The notes beneath the pieces are model-generated. The model ran no database searches. It had not been told where the DNA came from and saw only the letters and a list, made by a program, of their open reading frames with translations. A stretch of 64,000 nucleotides of DNA from a virus, in IMG/VR virus record IMGVR_UViG_3300025141_000036, positions 1 to 64,000 of that record. One strand, given 5' to 3'. A program made the position numbers and the translations under genes. Positions 37,296 to 48,174 of the stretch are shown piece by piece (the stretch's first letter is position 1; each line of letters opens with the position of its first letter).

Positions 37296-39091
37296 TTAAT
37301 TAAAGTCCCCTTTATATCACTATTCGGATATTTTAATTCCATAATTACATTTTTTGGAGTGTTGATATAAGTCCCATCTTTAGATAGCGCGTCGGCGAAA
37401 CTTATGCGGGTTGATGAATAGGGGCCACCAAATTTTTGATCAATGCTAACCTTTTTTACATCCGAGACTCCCTCAACTTTTCCTAACACACTGTAAAGGC
37501 GACTGATATAAACTGGTTCTCCAATGTATAATTGATTAGAATAATACTCTTTCAGTCTGGCTACGCACCTTCCAATAATATCAAATTGAGAATATCTATG
37601 GTCAACTGTTACCTTAAAATCTACACCAAAGTTTACGACCTTCGCATCATAAATATCTACAACATCATTAAGTGATTTATATTGCATAATCCATGTCTTA
37701 AGGTTGCTTTTTATCTTGGAGTTACAAGTAGTTAGTTTTCCATCTGAGTCTTCAGAAATAACATAAAGAGCCAATCTGCGGTTAGTTGCACTTGGGTCAT
37801 TCACTACACTTGCCCTCTTAACTGTTCCAAACTTCTTGGGCATGTTATAGATCATCGACTCATAATCTTGCCTTGTTACTGCTCTATTCTGAGAGGCATA
37901 AAAGGATTTTGCTCTTTGTTTTAGTTCTTCATTTGTCAATTGTTCTATGTCGCCCACTATAGGCTCTTCGTTCGTAACTTCCAATGAACCTAAGACATCA
38001 GCTTTACCAATTGAGGACAAAGTTTCTGTGTTATCAAACTCCATTTTGACACTCTGCACAGTTGTGATTGTGTTGACTGCCGCATTAATGTTTGCATTAT
38101 CATTTGACTTAACGATGATAGTTAAATTAGTACCTGACGGGGCCACTCCGAGCTTGTTAGTCTTTAGCAACTTTGATGGATCGAAAGACATTTTAGAAAT
38201 ACTTTTCTTCCCAAACATCTTAATAGCTACTTGAGAAGGGTCAGCTATTTCATCAACGCCGTCGTCTTCAGAGCCAAACCCAAATTGTAAATAGGTTCCC
38301 GTATCGTCTTGTTCTAAAACAAACCTACGAGATGCCACATAGGGTTTCATAATGCTCCTAACTCCATCGCTTAAGGCATCCTTGTTGGTGGTTTCCTGGA
38401 ATACTACCTCTTGAGATAAATTTTCCACTTCGTAATAATCATTTCCGTCGGAATCTTTAACTGAAATAATCTCTGAAATCAATGATCCTCCGACTCTAAC
38501 TTTCCTAAACTTCTTGAAAGTAGCGTTGGCCAAGTTCACATCTACACGCTGGTAAATCCCACTGACTACTTGTCCGAAGGCCTTCACTGCGAAGTATGTG
38601 GTTGCTCCCGTGCTTGGATTAAATCTAGCAGCAACAATTTCATTTTTGGGATCGGAGAATCTCACATCTTCTGTCAAAGTATAGGTACTTGATGCAGCTC
38701 CGAAAGAAGATCCCTGTTTTATGGTGGGCAGATAGGCAAAGTCAGGAGCTGTTCCATCACCATTAGCTGGTATTAAACAAAACATTGACACAATCCCATA
38801 AGCATTAGGGTTTCCTGCGAACTTATATCCCATGGCCCGTGCGTGTTTGCGAATATTATTAAATTCTAAAGCGGTGTCCAGGAAACTTTCATTAGCAGAG
38901 TAATCTACGTAATATGACAAAACATCTCCTACATAAGCGACTGTGTCTAACATTAAGGAGTTGATTGTTGATTTAGAAAAGTCCTTCCATTCTGCGGAAT
39001 AATATCTCTTTGCATGATTGAGCAAATCTCTTTTGATAGACTCATAATCTCTGCTGGTGTAATTAATGGGTGTTTTTTTTAATTTTGACAT
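37292..39091 (-). CDS. Baseplate wedge subunit, T4 gp6-like
   Basis: INYTSRDYESIK, AYVGDVLSYYVD..ANESFLDTA, HARAMGY, QNRAVTRQDYE. Confidence 0.9.
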   Translation of the reverse strand: MSKLKKTPINYTSRDYESIKRDLLNHAKRYYSAEWKDFSKSTINSLMLDTVAYVGDVLSYYVDYSANESFLDTALEFNNIRKHARAMGYKFAGNPNAYGIVSMFCLIPANGDGTAPDFAYLPTIKQGSSFGAASSTYTLTEDVRFSDPKNEIVAARFNPSTGATTYFAVKAFGQVVSGIYQRVDVNLANATFKKFRKVRVGGSLISEIISVKDSDGNDYYEVENLSQEVVFQETTNKDALSDGVRSIMKPYVASRRFVLEQDDTGTYLQFGFGSEDDGVDEIADPSQVAIKMFGKKSISKMSFDPSKLLKTNKLGVAPSGTNLTIIVKSNDNANINAAVNTITTVQSVKMEFDNTETLSSIGKADVLGSLEVTNEEPIVGDIEQLTNEELKQRAKSFYASQNRAVTRQDYESMIYNMPKKFGTVKRASVVNDPSATNRRLALYVISEDSDGKLTTCNSKIKSNLKTWIMQYKSLNDVVDIYDAKVVNFGVDFKVTVDHRYSQFDIIGRCVARLKEYYSNQLYIGEPVYISRLYSVLGKVEGVSDVKKVSIDQKFGGPYSSTRISFADALSKDGTYINTPKNVIMELKYPNSDIKGTLIK

Positions 39092-39110
39092 AGATTGCCC
39101 TCTCTAAATG

Positions 39111-39119
39111 ATAAATAGT
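39111..39119 (-). promoter_or_regulatory. Putative late-promoter motif ACTATTTAT
   Basis: Identical to 14684-14692; in the gap before the gp6 start. Confidence 0.45.
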
Positions 39120-39133
39120 TGGCTGATTAAAAG

Positions 39134-39505
39134 TTAAGGAGTCACATAAAGGTTCAAAACCTCAGAAAAGGCCGAATTTGAAATAGAATAGTTTATTGAC
39201 ACCCCCAGGGCATTTGAATCTATATTGTCCATTTCAAATTCAACACTATTAATGGTAATATAGGGCATGTATTCACCAACTTGGGAATAGATTCTAGACT
39301 CGACCTCATCATTCGGGAATTCGATATCCAAGGAGAATAGGTAATTTGGCAGACCTACACCAAAGTTACCACTCATTGCATACTCCCCGGGTCTAGTCAG
39401 TAATAAAAATTTAAAATTTTGTTTAATTGCCTCAGATTTTTGCTCATCTGTGAATGATGCAAACCCTGCGGTTCCCATTTGTATAGGTAAAATAGTTGAA
39501 ATCAT
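39134..39505 (-). CDS. Baseplate wedge subunit, gp25-like
   Basis: AIKQNFKFLLLTRPGE...FGVGLPNYLF...YMPYITI; adjacent to gp6. Confidence 0.88.
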   Translation of the reverse strand: MISTILPIQMGTAGFASFTDEQKSEAIKQNFKFLLLTRPGEYAMSGNFGVGLPNYLFSLDIEFPNDEVESRIYSQVGEYMPYITINSVEFEMDNIDSNALGVSINYSISNSAFSEVLNLYVTP

Positions 39506-39516
39506 TTGTTGTCTCC

Positions 39517-42500
39517 TTATCTGAACATTTTTTGGAAAGAATTAAGACAATCCTGGCCATCGGCATCAAACGGCTTTATGTCTACAAAGCGTATACGCTG
39601 CCACCATTGAACACTAGAGTCTAAATTCATAAAAGCTTGGGGGAGCAAATTCTTAAGAAATTCGCTTTTTTCTCTCTTTGATCGAGGTTCGTTCTCTTCT
39701 TTCTCGTCATCATCTGTGCGATAAGTAGCGTTGAAAAGTTGTCTTAGTTTTTTCTTTGTTTTATCAAACAGAGCTTTTTTCCATTGCTCTCTCAGTTTAC
39801 CCGGGTCTTCATCTACTTCGTCTGGGTTGCTAAGATCCATGCCTATAGATTCAAAGAACCCGTAAAATGAATAAACTCCATAAAACGAAACAAATGATCG
39901 GGCTGGAAAACATGTGTCAAAAAGAACCTTGAAATCTTCTTCTTTGGTTAAGTTGTCTATATAACACTTTAATTCTTCTCCCATGTTTTTGCCTTCGAGA
40001 TCTAAGTCTCCAACAGGCCTATCTTTAATGTCTTGCTCAAACTCAACTACAGGAATGGCTCTTGAGAGCGACTCTTGTTGCACAGTTATGCCGTCCAAGG
40101 ATTCTATTATTCTCTCCTTTAAGGCTGTGTTTCCTAGAAGAGTTTCCAACCACGCATGCACACTCTCGTCCACTTTCAAAGAAACTTCAGGGACTCCGAT
40201 CGTATACGTCCTTTCTTTCTGATTGTCTTCAGGTGCAGTGTAGTTAAATTGAGGAGGAGGACTATAAATAAGACGTACTCCAAACTTCACCCCTATGGTC
40301 CCCATAACTTCATCCTCTACTATATAAGCGTTGCCAAAAAACTCAGAGATATTTTTAGAGGGATCCAAAACCAAAGTTTCTAAAGAAAGATCTTCGGATT
40401 GTGTAATAGCCACTCCTGGTTCATACGCCTGCAACTTTGAGGCTATTAATTCTTGAAATTCCGGAATGCTTAAAACTCGTTCTTCACCATCTTTTGTATA
40501 TACTCTCACATATTTCTCAAGATAAAATAAACCATTTTGAAAAAGAGTAATCATATTGGAGACTTTTCTTTTTAAAAATTCAGGAATAGCGGCGGGAGGA
40601 GTTTCAAGAAGGCCCTCGGAAAAGTATGCCAATGCATCGTCGTGCTCAGCGGGGATGGCCAGATTGGCAGCGGTTACCGTAATCTCTTGATTATTAAAAG
40701 GGTTGTCTACTTCCACATCTCTTACTACATTAAAGATGTCACCATAATCGAAACCAGTTGAACCTTCGACGGCTGGTTGCTCTATTTTCATCTCTCCTGA
40801 TCTTAGAGAGGATCCGAAAAGAATGCCATTACGAGATAGTAAATATTTTTGTATGTCTTCTATATGAGGACGGGGCCGCATATTCAAATTAATTTTTTTC
40901 ATTAACAATGACAATTCATTTTTTGCCAACGCTCGTAAAATTACCTCTGCTGCTGCGCGAGATTCATGAAGCGAGTTTATTTTTCTTGCTAGTCTCAGTT
41001 TGAAAGGGCTTAGAAAAGCGCAGCGGGTCAGCAAAGTACCAACGAGATGGGCTTGGGCCGCTGTTATCGCGGCAGGGCCGCCTACAGCAAGCAACGCCAG
41101 ACTCTTTAGTAATTCTTCAGTAAGAACGTTATCATAATCTTGCTGCCAGTCTTCTCCGAACGCAATAATCGCTGCTCCTCGGAAGGTGTCACTTATTGAA
41201 TCCCAAGGCATATTCTCCCAATCAAAAATATTTATTTTTATAGGATCATAGTTTATTTGCGTCGTTTCGATAATCGTGAACGCGTTCTTTATCTCTTGAG
41301 TTTCTTCCATTAACCCATCTTGAATTTGACGTTGTACAACTTGAACTGCTTGCTCCAAGAACATCAAATAATAAGTATATCCCTGAACCATATTCCAGCT
41401 AGTTGTTTGTGCTGTCAGGCCATTTTTCATCTGTTGTATGATGAGATTTAAAAATGCATTATCCACGTTTTTGCTGGACAATTCTATTCCGCTATAAACG
41501 GGAAGAGTTTTAAATATGTATTCTGAACAATATACTCGCATAGTAGAGAGCACGACCCCTTCCATTATCCCATGGGTTGCTGATGAAAAATGCTTATCAT
41601 AAGGAACCTCTATTCTGCAGTCTGGTGCTAACGAGAGTCTCTCATCGAAAGGCAAATTATCTTCCACTTCTTTAGCTCTCTTGGCTATCTGAGTGATATT
41701 GAGAAACCCGTTGTCCTCTTTTTCACAAGACTTTAGCTCTGGTATAAAAGTCCTTATCATCCCTAGCCAGCCATTGTAGCTAGCTGGTTCTACATAAATT
41801 TTTGGGAACAAATAATTTCCACCATGAATCGAAGGATCCAAGAAATGTACTCTGGGATTTTCTGTTGCGCTTTTTCCTAAAACCCTGTCTCCGGGGAGAT
41901 GAGTATACACCCAAGACGACTTGTCGTCTGGGGATGCGTCGGGGTTAACATACCACAGATCTGCAAAAGTTAAAGGCTCTCCGCCTTCGTAGCCAAATCT
42001 AAATCCCGTTGGGATGTCTCCGCTTGGTGTTTGAATTACCGCATTCTGTACACACTGCAGGACCGTCTTGTTGCCTCGATCAAAAGCCTTCATCAAAACT
42101 GCTGGGTTTTGTTCGATAGTACCACTTATTTTAGATTCCAACAGTGATTTAAAGATCAAGGCCTGATATGGCAACTCCTCTTGGTTATCAACATAATTGA
42201 AATTTAAATACTTAGTGGCCTTAAAATCATTATTTACTTCTAAATCTAAAGAAACCATGGGTGGCAAAGATTTTTTCGAAAACAATCCGTAATCAAGACC
42301 TAATCTCTCAGCTTCTGCCTCTGTTATCTTATTTCTAAAGGTTTCCACCACCTCAAGCTGATAAGATGGCTTTGCTACTTTTCTTAATTTAAAGTTAAGT
42401 TGGAACTCGTATGAGGGAACAGATTCAAATGAATTAATAAATTGCTTGGATACTTGTGCTTGGGGAGTAGTGGATCTGTTCGAAAGGTAGCTCGTGTAAC

Positions 42501-45500
42501 TTTCCATCTGAGTTTTCATTAAAGACCCCACTGTCTTAGGGTAATTCCCTAAAGGTTTTGGCTCAGGGTTGAAGACCGGGATGGGCTCCATCCTTCCTGA
42601 AATTAAAATGTTACTATTTTCCTTCCGAAATTCCCAATCCGCTGGTGAGTTGGTATAGTTTGGAAAAAAGAATGGCGAGTCCGCTCTTCTTTCGTGTTTT
42701 TTGAGTCGAAAATTGTTTTTGTCTCTCAGGATATTGTTTAAAACTGCGTTTCTCCTACCAATTAATTCTCCCAGAAAGGATCTGTCTATGTTTTCAAACA
42801 TGCTTTTAATCATTTCCAACTTTGTTTGTCTCAAAGATTCGTCTTCAAAAAGGAGGGCGCTTTTGTCGTTAACGCACCCAGGATCCCTACTGGGGTCCAG
42901 CAAGGAGTCTACGGCGTCCCCTAGAATCCCATCGGTTCCTTTTTCTAAGTAATCCAATAAATCCCCTATATCTTCATCTCGCTTGCCGTTTGCTTGATCT
43001 ACTAGGTCTCTAGCAGTGGCTGGGTCAACACCAAGGTTTTCGTAGATATTTGCACGCTCTTCGTTCCAGGCGTCCAGCTCGGGTTGAGTTAAACAAACTG
43101 CATCATATAAAGGAGTCTCTTCATCTGTGAGGGCTTGGTCTCGCAGGGCTTGTCTCAATTCGGGCGGGATGTAGTTTCCTGCCTGGCCAAACACTTCTGC
43201 TACTTGGCTCGGGGTCCCGAAGACATCAGCCAGTTCAGGATGCACAGTGGCAACTAATTGTGATAAATCTGTTAAAACCTTCGCATTCATATTTTTGGGA
43301 GTGTTTGTCAACAATCCTACCAGGTCATTCTTAGACATTGTAGAGTTCATTGACTTATAAAGATCGTTATAGCTTTGGTCGGTAATGCCTGATCCTACAA
43401 TGCCCGATGCTTTGAAAATGTTTTTCTTTGTGTTATTGAGTTCATCTTCTGATGCGTCTGGGCAAAAAGCTTCTGCAAAAATAGAATCCAACCCTGCTGT
43501 TTTGCCCGAGGCTAAATCAGCTGCGGCCATGCCTACGGCATTCAACCCTTTACACAAAGCACTATCTATACCTTCTAGGACTTTTAAAATTAGACGCTTA
43601 ATAACTTCCGTAAGCAGTCCCTCTATTTTACCTGCGAATTGCTTTTTTAACACTAGCAGTGCTGATTTATCAAAAAAGCCAGGGATTTCCTTTATTTGAT
43701 CAGGAAAGCCGATTCCTATTCCGCCATCGCCGCAGACATCCAGAGTAAAGGTAGACAAGAAACTATCTATAGGGGGCTTAAACATTCCTTGATAAGCACA
43801 AGTGTAGTCTCCTACAAATTTATACAAAATGTCTGATCCTGGGAATCGATCTAATATTTGCATTAACTCATCTATTTCTACAATATCTAGTAAAAATTCT
43901 ATATAAGCATCTACCACTAGTTTTTGTATATTACCTAATGCTACACCATAAGTGCCCTGTTGCCCGCCGGGTGAATCTTTGCCAAGTTCATTTTTGGTGA
44001 TTTGCCGCCGTTCCTTATCTGTTAATTTTGACCACTCTTCCGATAGGCTTTTTCGTGTTGCCGAGGCAGATCTGCCAATATAACTATTTCCTGCTTTTGC
44101 TTGTTGTTTGCGTCCCCAATCTCTAATCGCCATGGCGCCGGGTGACAATTCATAGCCAGACTGCTCTTGTTGTTCATATCGAGCATCTATAAGAGCTTGA
44201 GTGTCAGCCATCATTTGCTCTTGCTCTCGGCGATATGCCTCGGCTTTGGCTGCAGCTTCTTCTTGGGCTGCTTGGGCTGCAGCTGCCATAACTTCTCTTT
44301 GTTTCTTTCTTTCTTCTTCTATAACAGCCTTGTCCCATTCTTCTAGAGCTGCTTGAGTTAAAGGAATCAGTTTTTTAATCTCTTCAACTGTTTTGTCTCT
44401 TCGCATTAATTTAGTACGACTGGCGTTTTCTACCAGATAGGCTTGGGTGTTATTATACCACTTTACATAGTTATCGTAATGAAGGAGATTGTCATCTCTA
44501 GGAAAATCCATGTGAAAATCATAAACACCTTTAAAATCCTTAAACGCCTGGGTAGTAACCCTTGCGTCCCAGTATAAAGTAATAAATTCATACCACGCTT
44601 CTTTGACTGGGGTTCCTGATGAATATCCTTTATTCTTTCTCCTTTGAATATAGGCTTTCCAAGATTTATCAGCATCTTTTAAATGTTGTTCTGTTGGGCG
44701 TTTAATGGGATCGGGCGCAGGGGGTGTAGCTACAATCTCTTCTTCAGAGATTCCTGTATAGCCTGGTAGTTCCATATCTGGTTCTTCCGGGGTTTCTTCT
44801 ATTTCTGGTTTTGGAACTTCCGGGGGCAATTCTTTTAAATATTGAATGTATAAATTAGTGTTCTCTATTGAACCGGGGTCATAATCTTGCTCCCATGGGA
44901 GAGGGAGATTGCCAAATTCCTGCTCGAAAGCTTTTCTGAGTTCTATTTGTTTCTGTGGTGGCAAGTTGTTAATGAAAATTCCAAAAACATCAAGATCCAT
45001 AGCTTCTAAGGATGCTTTTACTATTTTTGTCAGCGCATCATCTACAGTTACACCCGAAAATAAGCATCTAACTGATTGGATTGTTAAAGTCTTTAAATTA
45101 CAAACTGACATTCTTTTTATCAATTTTACTAAATCAAGTTCTTTCATATTCTTGAAATTTAGTCCCCCCTTTTTCAAATAAGTCGCCTTGTCCACGATAG
45201 ACTCCAAAAGAGTGTCTTGTTGTGCAAACTCTTCTAGAGCTGCCTCATATCCAATTCTCCAATAAGGATCCTCTTTGGGTTTTTTGCTTTTATTGTGTTG
45301 CTGTCGAACATATTTAGATGCGGCTCTAGAGTATTGCCTTTCTTTATTGTTTGTCTGTCGGTCTGTTTTTTTTATTTTCTTTTGAATCTCTTTAATTTTT
45401 TCTTGATTCTCTTGAATCCCTTTCATCCAACCTGCAAGTTCCGTGGGGCTTGTCCATTTTTGTTGAAAATCAGGATCATAAACAGATTTTAAGCTATTAA

Positions 45501-47142
45501 ACCTATCAATCTTTTGTTGCAGTATAATAATTTCGGATTCTAGGGCTCTTACTTTCTTCCATAAACGTTCTTTTTCTACTCGCGCTTCTTCGATTGCTAT
45601 ATCCCGGGCTTCCTTCTTAGCTTGTTTAACTGAGTCTTTCTTCTTTTTTCTTTCTGATTCTGGGATTTTTACTTCGTGTTCTTGATCCAGATCACCGAAG
45701 TCAGTGCACGAATTCTTATTAAATTCGTATTGAATAAAATCGGAGACAGACAGGGACTCGTTTAAAATGTAATCTCGCAACTCCACAGCATGATTTTTTA
45801 TGTTTTCTGATACACACTGCAGTCCTTCTTCTTCTAGGGATTTCTCCGAAAATCTCCCGTAATCAACGGAAAGCAATGGATAGGTAAATTTTATTAAAAA
45901 ATCCATCCAGGGATAAGATTTGCGGGATCTCAGAGATACATCTATCTCATTTAATTTAGCTATGTAGTTCCAAACCGTTGCGTCAAAAGGTGACGGGCTA
46001 CCAGAAAGCTTAGACATTCCTTGCGTCCACTCTTCATATGGGCAACCTTTCTTTTTAGACTCGATTTTAAGAACCTTGTAGGGCTTGTCAGTGTCGGAGT
46101 TATCAAAGGTGATTTTCACCAACCTCGCATTGTTTTTAATTACACTCGGTATATTCGATCGAATATTCCACCCATTGTCTAAGCCTACATCTTTCAACGT
46201 CGTGTAAAGAGTGCCAATTCTTTCACTATATGTTGAGGCATAAAAACTAATTTTACTCTCTTCAATCGGAACATATAAATAGCCCTTCTGAACCTGTAAA
46301 AAGGCAGACTGATATTGAGAGTAAACCCACATTGCTGATTTCAATCTTTGAATTTGTGCCCATAACTTATCGGTTGTTAAGACAACCTCTGATTTTAAGT
46401 TTACTGCTTCTTTTTCTATTTTATCTCTGGTTGGATTATCTGGGACTTTTTCTAAAATAAAAGACGGAATAGCTATCAAAACTTTTAATAACCCACCTTC
46501 ACCCTCTACTAAAGTCCACTCCTTAGGATAAGCATAGATTTCCAAGGCTAATGGATTTTTGATTTGTGGCAATTTTGCTGATGCGCCTATTAAATTTTGA
46601 GTAAACTCCGAAGGATCCTCGGGGTTTAAAAAGGGAGAAGTAGGCAAGTCAATGTCTCGGCATGCGTTGACTCTATCTTCTGCTGCCATCACGGGGTCAA
46701 GAGCCAATGCAGCATATGCATCCTCATAATCCTCATAGGTAGTTATGATTTCGGCAGGGAGCATATCCAAAGCTGGACCAGTGTGATAGGCACAAATGAT
46801 CTGGTCCGCAATGAGCTTGCCATATTCCTCCAACATTAGTCTAATTCCGGCTTCGACATAGCTTCTTAATAGCTTTCTCTTCTGGGTTCGACTCTCTGCG
46901 GTTTCGCCACTTGGGAACATGTTAGTTGGGCTAACCACATAAGAATCACCAAATTTGTTTAAGGTTACACACACCATAAATTCGCAAGTTTTTTCATTAT
47001 AAAATGGCTCGGCAACCATCTGAGTCCAATTTGGAACAATATAGTTGGGGTTGGGCTTACATGCAGGACAAATCCTCTTTAAAGGCTCTCTTTCCGGTGG
47101 CTCGCACACATTTTTTTGAAATTCACTAAAATTTTCTGCCAT
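39517..47142 (-). CDS. Very large, mostly helical virion-associated protein (2541 aa), function unknown
   Basis: Intact ORF between spike-like and gp25 genes; charged coiled-coil, P/E-rich and Ala-rich segments. Confidence 0.55.
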   Translation of the reverse strand: MAENFSEFQKNVCEPPEREPLKRICPACKPNPNYIVPNWTQMVAEPFYNEKTCEFMVCVTLNKFGDSYVVSPTNMFPSGETAESRTQKRKLLRSYVEAGIRLMLEEYGKLIADQIICAYHTGPALDMLPAEIITTYEDYEDAYAALALDPVMAAEDRVNACRDIDLPTSPFLNPEDPSEFTQNLIGASAKLPQIKNPLALEIYAYPKEWTLVEGEGGLLKVLIAIPSFILEKVPDNPTRDKIEKEAVNLKSEVVLTTDKLWAQIQRLKSAMWVYSQYQSAFLQVQKGYLYVPIEESKISFYASTYSERIGTLYTTLKDVGLDNGWNIRSNIPSVIKNNARLVKITFDNSDTDKPYKVLKIESKKKGCPYEEWTQGMSKLSGSPSPFDATVWNYIAKLNEIDVSLRSRKSYPWMDFLIKFTYPLLSVDYGRFSEKSLEEEGLQCVSENIKNHAVELRDYILNESLSVSDFIQYEFNKNSCTDFGDLDQEHEVKIPESERKKKKDSVKQAKKEARDIAIEEARVEKERLWKKVRALESEIIILQQKIDRFNSLKSVYDPDFQQKWTSPTELAGWMKGIQENQEKIKEIQKKIKKTDRQTNNKERQYSRAASKYVRQQHNKSKKPKEDPYWRIGYEAALEEFAQQDTLLESIVDKATYLKKGGLNFKNMKELDLVKLIKRMSVCNLKTLTIQSVRCLFSGVTVDDALTKIVKASLEAMDLDVFGIFINNLPPQKQIELRKAFEQEFGNLPLPWEQDYDPGSIENTNLYIQYLKELPPEVPKPEIEETPEEPDMELPGYTGISEEEIVATPPAPDPIKRPTEQHLKDADKSWKAYIQRRKNKGYSSGTPVKEAWYEFITLYWDARVTTQAFKDFKGVYDFHMDFPRDDNLLHYDNYVKWYNNTQAYLVENASRTKLMRRDKTVEEIKKLIPLTQAALEEWDKAVIEEERKKQREVMAAAAQAAQEEAAAKAEAYRREQEQMMADTQALIDARYEQQEQSGYELSPGAMAIRDWGRKQQAKAGNSYIGRSASATRKSLSEEWSKLTDKERRQITKNELGKDSPGGQQGTYGVALGNIQKLVVDAYIEFLLDIVEIDELMQILDRFPGSDILYKFVGDYTCAYQGMFKPPIDSFLSTFTLDVCGDGGIGIGFPDQIKEIPGFFDKSALLVLKKQFAGKIEGLLTEVIKRLILKVLEGIDSALCKGLNAVGMAAADLASGKTAGLDSIFAEAFCPDASEDELNNTKKNIFKASGIVGSGITDQSYNDLYKSMNSTMSKNDLVGLLTNTPKNMNAKVLTDLSQLVATVHPELADVFGTPSQVAEVFGQAGNYIPPELRQALRDQALTDEETPLYDAVCLTQPELDAWNEERANIYENLGVDPATARDLVDQANGKRDEDIGDLLDYLEKGTDGILGDAVDSLLDPSRDPGCVNDKSALLFEDESLRQTKLEMIKSMFENIDRSFLGELIGRRNAVLNNILRDKNNFRLKKHERRADSPFFFPNYTNSPADWEFRKENSNILISGRMEPIPVFNPEPKPLGNYPKTVGSLMKTQMESYTSYLSNRSTTPQAQVSKQFINSFESVPSYEFQLNFKLRKVAKPSYQLEVVETFRNKITEAEAERLGLDYGLFSKKSLPPMVSLDLEVNNDFKATKYLNFNYVDNQEELPYQALIFKSLLESKISGTIEQNPAVLMKAFDRGNKTVLQCVQNAVIQTPSGDIPTGFRFGYEGGEPLTFADLWYVNPDASPDDKSSWVYTHLPGDRVLGKSATENPRVHFLDPSIHGGNYLFPKIYVEPASYNGWLGMIRTFIPELKSCEKEDNGFLNITQIAKRAKEVEDNLPFDERLSLAPDCRIEVPYDKHFSSATHGIMEGVVLSTMRVYCSEYIFKTLPVYSGIELSSKNVDNAFLNLIIQQMKNGLTAQTTSWNMVQGYTYYLMFLEQAVQVVQRQIQDGLMEETQEIKNAFTIIETTQINYDPIKINIFDWENMPWDSISDTFRGAAIIAFGEDWQQDYDNVLTEELLKSLALLAVGGPAAITAAQAHLVGTLLTRCAFLSPFKLRLARKINSLHESRAAAEVILRALAKNELSLLMKKINLNMRPRPHIEDIQKYLLSRNGILFGSSLRSGEMKIEQPAVEGSTGFDYGDIFNVVRDVEVDNPFNNQEITVTAANLAIPAEHDDALAYFSEGLLETPPAAIPEFLKRKVSNMITLFQNGLFYLEKYVRVYTKDGEERVLSIPEFQELIASKLQAYEPGVAITQSEDLSLETLVLDPSKNISEFFGNAYIVEDEVMGTIGVKFGVRLIYSPPPQFNYTAPEDNQKERTYTIGVPEVSLKVDESVHAWLETLLGNTALKERIIESLDGITVQQESLSRAIPVVEFEQDIKDRPVGDLDLEGKNMGEELKCYIDNLTKEEDFKVLFDTCFPARSFVSFYGVYSFYGFFESIGMDLSNPDEVDEDPGKLREQWKKALFDKTKKKLRQLFNATYRTDDDEKEENEPRSKREKSEFLKNLLPQAFMNLDSSVQWWQRIRFVDIKPFDADGQDCLNSFQKMFR

Positions 47143-47144
47143 TC

Positions 47145-48173
47145 TTACATTCCTATATAAACTGTTGAACTCAACAGTCTTTCTGTTTTGGAGCCCTGTA
47201 GGACTCCGTTCTCTGTACCTAAAGCCTTGAAGGTTTTCATGTGCTGTTGATACGTCTTAATAATAGAGTCCACATTCGTTTCTAAAAAAGCCGGGATGCT
47301 CTTGGCTGCTTGAGTAGCAGCATTTACAGAAGGGATGGTCTGGACAACACCCAGGCCGAAGCCAGTATGGGTATGAAGAGCCATTGCTGTTTTGTATTTG
47401 ACAAGATTAAACTCAACATCCATAACCCGGTTTCTTAACGTTTGAATCTCCTCGTTTAATGATCTCAAATATTTAACTAAATTATCTCCTAGAACTGCTG
47501 GTTGTGCGCTATCGTCTCCAATTTGGGCGATTTCAATACGAGGAGTTATATTCTTGTTGTAGTTAACAAGCCTTTCTACACCTTCGGCTTTTGAAAACCC
47601 TACTAAAATTCTGACTCGTTCGCGGCCTATAATCAAAGTGTGATCAGCTTTTATCCCTATTCCCGATTTCATAGTGGAAGTAATTGAGGTAGCGGGGGAT
47701 CCATCTCCTACTGCGAAGTAATGTTGAATATCTCCCCTCTCTGTTAAATAAATTCTCGCGCCGTCTGAAATAAAGTTGGCTCTGGTTTCTGTTGAAGAGG
47801 TTTTTATTCTAGCTTCACAACTAAGAGCCCCAGCAACAATGTCTATAGCTTCACACATAGTTCCACCTTGGCCTCCAACACCAGTTGCTCTAGAACCATA
47901 ATTATCCTTGGTAAAAACAATTCGGCCGCCTTGGTTTTTTGAACCTTCTTCCACCCGGGATAACACTCTTTCGATTGCACCTTTGGGTCCAAAAACTGGT
48001 AAATCCTCACAATCTTCCGTTAAAAAAACTCCGGACTTTTGAGGCATAAATGGAGAATTTATCTCCCGATCTATACACTCTTCTATCAATCGACGGTCAT
48101 CCTTAAGAGCTGTGTACGCGCCAACTAATTTTACTTTTTTAGGTCCGCCTTTTTGCAAAGGATTAAAAGCCAT
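47145..48173 (-). CDS. Baseplate central spike-like protein (gp5/gpV C-terminal-like)
   Basis: Start reassigned to 48173 (GGAGG SD). QPAVLGDNLVKYL and ALHTHTG (HxH metal-binding tip motif of spike proteins). Confidence 0.55.
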   Translation of the reverse strand: MAFNPLQKGGPKKVKLVGAYTALKDDRRLIEECIDREINSPFMPQKSGVFLTEDCEDLPVFGPKGAIERVLSRVEEGSKNQGGRIVFTKDNYGSRATGVGGQGGTMCEAIDIVAGALSCEARIKTSSTETRANFISDGARIYLTERGDIQHYFAVGDGSPATSITSTMKSGIGIKADHTLIIGRERVRILVGFSKAEGVERLVNYNKNITPRIEIAQIGDDSAQPAVLGDNLVKYLRSLNEEIQTLRNRVMDVEFNLVKYKTAMALHTHTGFGLGVVQTIPSVNAATQAAKSIPAFLETNVDSIIKTYQQHMKTFKALGTENGVLQGSKTERLLSSTVYIGM

Positions 48174-48174
48174 T

